Positions 18,403-25,005 of a stretch of DNA of 33,204 nt are shown here, piece after piece. Position 1 is the stretch's first letter, and each line of letters opens with the position of its first letter. Both the position numbers and the translations under genes were made by a program. Source of the stretch: an uncultured virus (IMG/VR IMGVR_UViG_3300044542_000402). Taxonomy: Duplodnaviria > Heunggongvirae > Uroviricota > Caudoviricetes > Herelleviridae. Under the pieces are notes generated by a model. The model ran no database searches, had not been told where the DNA came from, and worked only from the letters and a program-made list of their open reading frames with translations. The stretch lies in IMG/VR virus record IMGVR_UViG_3300044542_000402; one strand, 5' to 3'.

Positions 18403-18428
18403 CGCCGCTTCTTTCTCTCTCAGACGTG

Positions 18429-18508
18429 CAGACCCCGGAGAACAGAGCTCTCCGGGGTCTGTGCACACATCCTCCAGATCCTGCCCCGGGGGCGGCTGTG
18501 CCGCCCCC
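18429..18508. other. Two intergenic stem-loops (13 bp and 9 bp)
   Basis: CAGACCCCGGAGA-acagagc-TCTCCGGGGTCTG (18429-18461); GGGGGCGGC-tgt-GCCGCCCCC (18488-18508). Confidence 0.6.
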
Positions 18509-18541
18509 TGCAGGTCGATCGGATGAGATGATGCGGTCTCA

Positions 18542-19051
18542 TCATGCCGACAGGGCGTCGTTGATGGCGTGCAGGCGGGCCTCGGCCTCTTCGGCCCGGC
18601 GCGTCTCGGCGGACAACCGCCGGTTCGTCTCGGCCAGTTGTCGCTTCGCCTCACTCAGTCGTGGATCGGTGCCGAGCAGTTGCCGGATGTTGTTCAACAC
18701 CGCTCTCATCTGGACGATGTCGGTCGGCGACATGGGTTCGCTCGGCGGTTGATGGACGTCGTCGCATCTCATGAGGCGGTACGCCCTGCGGCCATGCGCC
18801 GTTCCGACCCCGCACAGGTGCAGTCCCCCGTCGTGACGCGATCCCAGCCGGCCCATGATGCGCGACAGGCTCTGGGGAGTCAGCGTCGCCCAGGTGCATC
18901 CGTGGGGTGCCGGTGCGTCGGGATCGCCCCGGCCGAGGTCCAGCAGCTCACGGGCGGAGAATCTCGTGTTGACCGGGATCACGGAATGGATCCACAGGAG
19001 GAACAGGGTGTTGGTGAGGACGTCGGCCTGGACGTTGTTGGTGCCGTTCAT
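18542..19051 (-). CDS. Hypothetical protein: possible winged-helix N-terminus plus shared C-terminal coiled coil
   Basis: ATGA coupling; last 52 aa match those of 19048-19917. Confidence 0.75.
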   Translation of the reverse strand: MNGTNNVQADVLTNTLFLLWIHSVIPVNTRFSARELLDLGRGDPDAPAPHGCTWATLTPQSLSRIMGRLGSRHDGGLHLCGVGTAHGRRAYRLMRCDDVHQPPSEPMSPTDIVQMRAVLNNIRQLLGTDPRLSEAKRQLAETNRRLSAETRRAEEAEARLHAINDALSA

Positions 19052-19206
19052 GCCGACAGCGCATCGTTGATCAGGGACAGCCGGGTCTCGGCCTCATCGG
19101 CACGGCGCGTCTCGGCGGCCAGGTGCTGTTCCAGTTCGCCGATGCGGGCCTCCAGCTCGCCCACGCGGGGATCGGGCCCCAGCAGGGACCGGATCTGCGT
19201 CAGGAC
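18542..19206 (-). repeat. Diverged direct repeat of about 159 nt (18542-18700 and 19048-19206) encoding the shared C-terminus
   Basis: Both start TCATGCCGACAG..TCGTTGAT on the + strand; 31/52 aa identical, ungapped, by hand count. Confidence 0.85.
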
Positions 19207-19917
19207 GCCGACCGGATCGGCGGGTCGATCGGTGTCCGGCCCGCTCGCCGCAGCCGAGCCGGTGTCCGGCTCGGTGGGTTCAACCGACTCCTTCGAGGCG
19301 ATGTCGGTGACCGGTGCGACCGGCGTCTCCGGTGCGGTGGCCCCGACCTCGGGCTCAGCCCCGGTCCCGGGCTCGATCACGTGATCGGCCCGGTCCCATT
19401 CGGCGGGCATCCGCAGCCCGATCTGCTCGATGGCCTTCTTCGACAGGTCGTAGCACCCCCAGCCGGTCCGCAGCCCGGCGGCCCGCAGGCGCGAGTACAC
19501 CAGACCGGTGGACACGTGGTTGAAGGTCGCGATCTGGCCGATGGTGTGTCCGTCGGCGGTCGTGGCCTCCCGGCCATGGGCCCTCTTCGTATGGTTCATC
19601 AGCGCCATCGGCCCGGCGAACGCCTCACCGCAGTCGGGACAGGACCGGTCGTCCTCCACGGTGCGATCGGTGGCCGGATCGGATCGAGTTGCTGTGATGA
19701 GCCGAGACACTGCCGCGGTGGTGTTGGCACCGGTGCGGTTGGGCTTGGACAGGTCGCGGGGCACCGAGGCCGTCTGGCCGGTTCTGTTGCGCAGGATCGC
19801 ATGGCCCTTCGAGGAGACCCGGCCGGTGCATCCGGCCTCGATCGCTTTGAGGATGAGATCGGTGGCCTGCTTGTCGAAGCCCCGCAGGTCGGTACGGGTG
19901 AGTGTGGTTGAGGACAC
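19048..19917 (-). CDS. Multidomain protein: HicA-like N-terminus, C2H2 zinc finger, HTH, coiled coil
   Basis: GTG 19917 behind GGGAGG. GCTGRVSSKGHAILRNRTGQTASVP; CPDCGEAFAGPMALMNHTKRAH; TIGQIATFNHVSTGLVYSRL. Confidence 0.7.
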   Translation of the reverse strand: MSSTTLTRTDLRGFDKQATDLILKAIEAGCTGRVSSKGHAILRNRTGQTASVPRDLSKPNRTGANTTAAVSRLITATRSDPATDRTVEDDRSCPDCGEAFAGPMALMNHTKRAHGREATTADGHTIGQIATFNHVSTGLVYSRLRAAGLRTGWGCYDLSKKAIEQIGLRMPAEWDRADHVIEPGTGAEPEVGATAPETPVAPVTDIASKESVEPTEPDTGSAAASGPDTDRPADPVGVLTQIRSLLGPDPRVGELEARIGELEQHLAAETRRADEAETRLSLINDALSA

Positions 19918-19967
19918 GGCGGCCTCCCAGAGTCGTGGACGGGCGAGTGATCGGGCCGGCGGGGCAG

Positions 19968-20882
19968 TCACGACCGGTCCCTGATCTTGTCCCCGAGTTC
20001 GACGTCGCCCTCGGTGTAGGTGAGGGTCTCCCCGCTCTGCGGGTGCGCCATGGTGTACCAGTACGACGCCTTCTCGGTCCCGATCTGCCATCCGGCCTTC
20101 ACGAGGGCCTTCATGAGAGTCTCATCACCGCCCGAGCCGGCGAAGAACGCGGCGTCGGGACCGAAGTGGCGGACCCCGTTGCGGTTCCGCTCGGCGGCGA
20201 TGTCGTCGTAGACGGGATCCAGGAGGATCCGGCGCACCCCTTCGAAGGTCGAGGGGCGGTGATATACGACGGCGGCCAGTTGGTGGGTGATCTGGGGCCA
20301 AAACCCGGTCGGGACGACGGGGGCGGTCGGACGCCGGGACAGATCGTCCAATTCGTCGCAGAACCTGTTGACGGCGTACCACACGCTGTGATCGTTCTCG
20401 TGATCGGCCAGCCAGTCGGCGATCCGGTCACCGTCTGGGGTGGCTCGTCCGTCCAGCAGCGCGGCGGTGGCCGCCAGGAACTCGTTCCGCCAGTCATGAC
20501 GCGTACGGGCCGGGACCGCATGGTGGTAGACACCGGCCATGGCACGCAGGCGGCCGATGAGAGATCCGACGGTGTGCTGAACGCGCTCGTCGTCCTGATG
20601 GGCGGCCAACCAGTCGATGAACGGCGGATCAGTTGGCGACTCGGTGCGGGAGACCACGGTGGCCAGCCCGTGGACCGCAGGGTCGTGCCATTGCTCCGTC
20701 ATGGGTTCGGTGAGGTCGACCACGACATGGTCCAGGGACAGGTCGTCGCCGGTCTGCGGATCGATGAGCGTTCCGGCCTCATCGATGTCGGACAGCGGTT
20801 GGGTGTACCGGTTGTCGTTGTCATCGGTGTAGATCAGGGTGATGGCGGACAGGGGAAGCATGATGGACATGGGTGTGGTCAC
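19968..20882 (-). CDS. Hypothetical modular protein (304 aa) with an internal repeat
   Basis: GTGA coupling, RBS GAGGAG; FIDWLAAHQDDERV / IADWLADHENDHSV repeat. Confidence 0.75.
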   Translation of the reverse strand: MTTPMSIMLPLSAITLIYTDDNDNRYTQPLSDIDEAGTLIDPQTGDDLSLDHVVVDLTEPMTEQWHDPAVHGLATVVSRTESPTDPPFIDWLAAHQDDERVQHTVGSLIGRLRAMAGVYHHAVPARTRHDWRNEFLAATAALLDGRATPDGDRIADWLADHENDHSVWYAVNRFCDELDDLSRRPTAPVVPTGFWPQITHQLAAVVYHRPSTFEGVRRILLDPVYDDIAAERNRNGVRHFGPDAAFFAGSGGDETLMKALVKAGWQIGTEKASYWYTMAHPQSGETLTYTEGDVELGDKIRDRS

Positions 20883-21493
20883 TCCTCGAACAGGTGGGCG
20901 TAACGGTGATCGGACAGGTCGATGTAGGAAATTGCACCGTCGGGGCCGGTGACGGTGAAGATGCAGCCCTCCTCATCGGCGGGCTGCCCGGGGCCGCGGC
21001 CGAAGAACGCGTGCCAGACGTCGCGGGCCGCCTCGGCGGGGGTGGAGGGGTTCTCGGAGATCTCATCGGTGGACCAGCGGACGACCCGCGAGCCGTCCCA
21101 CCGATGATCGGGGTCCTCGGCGGCGGGTGGGAATACGTGCCGCAGAGCGGTCCGCCACTGATCGCGGGTCGCCCCCGAGTCCCGAATAAGGGTCTCCAGG
21201 TCGGGGATATCGGTGCTGATCAGTCGGGCGTCCTGAGGGGTCTCAGAGGGGGCAGAGCCATCGTTGTCCTCGCGGCCCGCGATGACCTCAGCCAGGCGCG
21301 CGATCACGTCGCTGCGCAGCCCGTCGTGGGCGGCCCAGAACGCGTCGTCGCCGGCGGCGACCTCGTGGACCCAGCTCTCGATCTCCTCGTCGCTCAGCGC
21401 GGCGATGGATGCTGCCTGTCCGGGGGTGAGGAAGTGGCTCTCGGGTGACTCGTGGACCTCGTCGCGCACGGAGGCGGCGTCCAGGTAGGGCAT
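20879..21493 (-). CDS. Hypothetical acidic protein (204 aa)
   Basis: ATG 21493 behind GAAGGAG. Confidence 0.75.
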   Translation of the reverse strand: MPYLDAASVRDEVHESPESHFLTPGQAASIAALSDEEIESWVHEVAAGDDAFWAAHDGLRSDVIARLAEVIAGREDNDGSAPSETPQDARLISTDIPDLETLIRDSGATRDQWRTALRHVFPPAAEDPDHRWDGSRVVRWSTDEISENPSTPAEAARDVWHAFFGRGPGQPADEEGCIFTVTGPDGAISYIDLSDHRYAHLFEE

Positions 21494-21510
21494 AGTGGTT
21501 CTCCTTCGGT

Positions 21511-21918
21511 TCATCGGACGACGACGTAGTTGGACAGCGGGAGCCGGGTCGGCGTCTCGCCGGCGTCCAGCTGACGGGTCTGGAAGTCCAGCCAGACCCA
21601 GTCGGTCCCCCGCGCGATCACGCGTCGGTAGTCGAGCTCGGGGTGCAACCGGTGGGCGACCAGGTCGCCGACCTGGATCTCCCTCTCGGTGGGTCGGGCG
21701 CTCGTCCCGTCGTCGGTCACGGCTGCGACAAGGTCGTCGACCAGCTCGGCGAGGCAGGTGCACCGGCCGTAGCGGTCGGGGTACTCGCAGCGCCAGGAAT
21801 GAATGCTCGAGTCGAACTCATCGGGCCGTGGACTCAAGCCCGCGCTCTGGAGGACGGTGTCGATCCGCTCACGCAGGCTGGTGGTCTGCATCGTGGTTCC
21901 GGTGTCGTTCGTGGGCAT
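21511..21918 (-). CDS. Hypothetical protein (135 aa)
   Basis: ATG 21918 behind AAGGAG; H-x3-C...C-x-C cluster, then IQVGDLV beta-rich C-terminus. Confidence 0.7.
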   Translation of the reverse strand: MPTNDTGTTMQTTSLRERIDTVLQSAGLSPRPDEFDSSIHSWRCEYPDRYGRCTCLAELVDDLVAAVTDDGTSARPTEREIQVGDLVAHRLHPELDYRRVIARGTDWVWLDFQTRQLDAGETPTRLPLSNYVVVR

Positions 21919-21934
21919 GGTGGTTCTCCTTCTG

Positions 21935-22350
21935 CTACTGCTCGCGCATCTGGTCCCGCAGGGCCTGGCGCTCGCGCTCGCGGCGGGTACCCTTGCGCGG
22001 GGCCGGCACGTGGCGCTGGGCCGCGCTCGAGGAGCGCAGGGCTCGCATCCACCGCGCGAGCTCGGGGTTGGCGACGGGCGTGAAGTCCTCGCGGTGCCGC
22101 CACACGGTGCTGCCCTTGATCCCGGCACGGGGACGGACCGAGACGCTGACCACGTGGTGCCCGAGGGCGTGAGCCGTCACAGCGTGGGCCGCCTCGTGGC
22201 GTGCGGTGCCGTCACGGTCACTGACCCTGGCGGCACCGCACGCCACAGGCCGGTGAGCACGATCCGTGCGGCCACCAGGAACACGACGGCAGTCAGCAGC
22301 ACCGGGAGAGTGACGGGGGCGTCGTCCACCCGGGTGGTCACGCTCGTCAC
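21935..22350 (-). pseudogene. Frameshifted, truncated membrane HExxH (M41/FtsH-like) peptidase remnant fused to a family B small protein
   Basis: GTG 22350 (GTGA-coupled) encodes a TM segment and stops at 22177. The -1 frame reads TARHEAAHAVTAHALG...VSVRP, then switches to FTPVANPELARWMRALRSS. Confidence 0.6.
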
Positions 22351-22637
22351 AGTGACGAGCGCCGTTCCTCGTCGGCCCGCCAGGTGTCGCTGGTCGCGGG
22401 CAGGGCGCGGTCGTCCTGGTCCAGGATCCCGCCGGCGCGCCACGTCGCGGCCAGTTCGCGGAGCATGGTCGGCACGTCCCCGCCGACCAGGCAGCACTCG
22501 CTGCCGATCTCCAGCGGCACCCGGCTGGGGGTGCCGTCGTCGTCGTCCTTGTAGACGTTGAGCGTGAACGGCATGCCCGTCTCGAGCGCGTCGGGGTCGT
22601 CAGCGTCCTGGGTGTCGATGATGATGCGGATGCGCAT
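22347..22637 (-). CDS. Hypothetical acidic protein (96 aa; in-frame alternative start at 22886)
   Basis: RBS GAGGAGGGAG before ATG 22637; AAGGAG before ATG 22886. Confidence 0.65.
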   Translation of the reverse strand: MRIRIIIDTQDADDPDALETGMPFTLNVYKDDDDGTPSRVPLEIGSECCLVGGDVPTMLRELAATWRAGGILDQDDRALPATSDTWRADEERRSSL

Positions 22638-22898
22638 GGCGCTCCCTCCTCGAAGGGTGTCTGCAGTGGTCTCACGGCACTGCCCGGGTCGGCTCTGCCG
22701 ACCCCACGGGGCCAGCACCCGCAGGGTGCCAGGCCCCGTGACGGGCCGATGGTGACCCCGGTCTGCCACGCCAGGCGTCGGGACGGCGGCCACCACCAGT
22801 GGCACGCGGGTTCGATGTTGCGATGAGGACTCGGTGTCGGCCACGCGCTCGACGGGCATGGGGGTGAATTGACGAAGACGGGTCATGATGCGGCTCCT

Positions 22899-23669
22899 TC
22901 ACCGACTCTGTTCAACGGCGCTGCCGAGCGGGTGGACGCTCAGTCCGGTGACACGTCCGATCTGCTCCGCGGCGGCCCGGACGGCCGCCGAGACGAGTTC
23001 CTGGTCATCATCGGGATCCGAGCCGACCTCGAGATCGAGATGGACGCGCCAGTGGGCGGGCGGTGCCGGGACCGGCTCCTCGACGGCGGTCGGTGCAGCA
23101 TCGGACTCCTCCTGGTCCCGGAAGATCCGCAGGGCGTTCTCGGGTGAGTCGGCGTAGATGCCCCACAGTGACTCCCCCTCGTCGGGGATCACGCCCCAGA
23201 TGTCACCACGGGCCCAGGCGAGGAACTGGTCGATGAAACCCTGGGGCTCGCCCCAGGTGCCGGGGTCCGAGGCGGCCACGATGTCGTACCAGGTCGACTG
23301 GTCGACGTCGAAACGTCCGGCGACGATCTCCGTGCGGAGGCCGGGGTGCCAGATGCGCAGGTAACGCCGGGTCAGGTGCAGTGCCGTCCCGATGGCGTCC
23401 CGGTCCCCGTCGTGACGGCCCCAGAAGCACATGAACGCCCGGATCGCGGGGTGGGCCGGCACGCTGCGGTCGACGGACTGGTTGTAGTGGTCGGAGCCGA
23501 AGATGTGGACGGCCGGGGTCAGACCGGTCGTATCGGCCGGCACCATCCAGTCGTCGCGCGGGTCCGGCTCGTCGTCGTCGTGGTGGACGTCGTAGCCCAT
23601 CCCGGTCTCCTCGTCCTTGAAACGGTCGGGGACGAAGATCTCGTGGGCGTCGGTGTGGGTGAGAACCAT
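22899..23669 (-). CDS. Hypothetical protein, family A (copy 2) with a C-terminal extension
   Basis: ATG 23669 behind GAAAGGA; N-terminus aligns with copy 1 (LTHTDAHEIFVPDRF vs LIHTPAHTIDVPDTF). Confidence 0.8.
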   Translation of the reverse strand: MVLTHTDAHEIFVPDRFKDEETGMGYDVHHDDDEPDPRDDWMVPADTTGLTPAVHIFGSDHYNQSVDRSVPAHPAIRAFMCFWGRHDGDRDAIGTALHLTRRYLRIWHPGLRTEIVAGRFDVDQSTWYDIVAASDPGTWGEPQGFIDQFLAWARGDIWGVIPDEGESLWGIYADSPENALRIFRDQEESDAAPTAVEEPVPAPPAHWRVHLDLEVGSDPDDDQELVSAAVRAAAEQIGRVTGLSVHPLGSAVEQSR

Positions 23670-23785
23670 GGAGTGAGTCCTTTCTGATTCGACGTGGCGC
23701 GGCCGTGCGGTGATGCCGGTGCCGGGGTCCGGTTCTGAATCGATCCGGCGCGGGGCGCTCCGGTGCCCGGCGTGATCGTCGAGGG

Positions 23786-23953
23786 TCATCGTTCGTCCCT
23801 CGTCGGCCGGTCATCGAGGGCCCGGCGCACACGGGCGCGCTCGCGCTTGACGGCGGCCCGGCGGCTGACCGCCCTGTCGGGCCAGTCCGGATCCGCGGGT
23901 GCGTGACAGAACGGGCACCAGGACTGCTGAGATGTCCGGATGCGGTCGCTCAT
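23786..23953 (-). CDS. Small basic CxxC protein (55 aa), not in ORF track
   Basis: MSDRIRTSQQSWCPFCHAPADPDWPDRAVSRRAAVKRERARVRRALDDRPTRDER; ATGA overlap with the upstream gene. Confidence 0.6.
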   Translation of the reverse strand: MSDRIRTSQQSWCPFCHAPADPDWPDRAVSRRAAVKRERARVRRALDDRPTRDER

Positions 23954-24153
23954 CGGTCCTGCTGGTCATCGATGGCCCGGCGGCGATGCACCGCACGGGT
24001 GCCCCGGCGGAACTTCAGCGTATGAGGACCCGCGGCGTGGCTGCCGCGCAGCTCGGCCATCCGGGCGGCCCTCTCGGGGTCGGCACCGGGCCTGAAGGTC
24101 CTGGCGGTCTGTTCGATGTGGGGCCTGCCGCCCCTGTAGATGTATCCGGCCAT
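23950..24153 (-). CDS. Small basic hypothetical protein (67 aa), family B; first gene of the long minus-strand run
   Basis: RBS GAAGGGAG; homologous to the segment at 21935-22084. Confidence 0.7.
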   Translation of the reverse strand: MAGYIYRGGRPHIEQTARTFRPGADPERAARMAELRGSHAAGPHTLKFRRGTRAVHRRRAIDDQQDR

Positions 24154-24405
24154 GACGGTCTCCCTTCTATGATCCGGGACGTGATCAGGCGTTCTGTTCC
24201 GTCCCGGTCGGGCTGTGCCCGACCTCCACCCCATCCGGATCCCCGGCGATCGGGTCAGACATGACGGTTCGGACAGAACCGAAGATCGTGAGACGTTCCG
24301 ACCGGACCGTCGACATGATCGTCATGAGAACCGTGAACCGTGCTCATGTGGATGATCATGCCACATTATTGTCTCAATTATCAGTCAGTGTCATGATCAG
24401 ATCGG

Positions 24406-24849
24406 TCAGGCCACGGACGCCATGCCGGGCAGCGCCGGCTGATCGGCCCCACCCCACACGAGGATCCGCCCGGTGAGGGGATCACGCTCCTCGTCGGCCA
24501 GCAGCACCGCCCAACGTAGGGTGGCGATCCGGCGGGGCCGCATCCGCCCGGCGCGACGCAGCGAGGCGGTGATCTCGCCGATGCGCATCCGACCGGTCTC
24601 CACCTCGGCGGCCAGGGCGTCGGCGATCTGGTCGAGATAATCCTCGCGTTCATCGATCTCCAGGTCGGTGAACAGCTCCTCGACGGTCTCATGGGGCTCA
24701 GGATCGGCGATCCACGGCACCAGACGCGCGACCAGGGCGTCGAGATGCCGGTCGATCCGGATGTGCCGGGGCGGGTTGATGCCCCGACCGGTGCGACCCG
24801 GGTACGGGTCGTAGTCGTCGGTGATGTGCAGGGCGGGATGCAGGGTCAT
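24406..24849 (-). CDS. Hypothetical protein (147 aa)
   Basis: ATG 24849 behind GGAG; GC3-rich. Confidence 0.65.
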   Translation of the reverse strand: MTLHPALHITDDYDPYPGRTGRGINPPRHIRIDRHLDALVARLVPWIADPEPHETVEELFTDLEIDEREDYLDQIADALAAEVETGRMRIGEITASLRRAGRMRPRRIATLRWAVLLADEERDPLTGRILVWGGADQPALPGMASVA

Positions 24850-24970
24850 GTGATGCTCCAGAACGGTGAGAACGCGAGTGCGGGACGGACCGGTCGGGGC
24901 GATACCCGCCGGCATTCGTTCCGGTCTCGTTTTCCAACAAGGATCAGCATGGATGATAATGATCATCCGC

Positions 24971-25005
24971 TTGTGATGTCACATCATGTTTGGGATGATG
25001 GATCA
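24971..25005 (+). promoter_or_regulatory. Putative promoter for a leaderless transcript, with overlapping palindromes
   Basis: TTGTGA-17 nt-GATGAT-6 nt-GTG(25006), no SD. TGTGA-tg-TCACA and TGATGT-c-ACATCA overlap the -35 and spacer. Confidence 0.45.

Noticed and set aside
5442..22898. CCGCATC word in several intergenic spacers (about 5470, 15400, 17875, 18532, 22888)
   Set aside because: Short, variably positioned and compatible with the C/A-rich spacer composition; not distinguishable from chance by eye.
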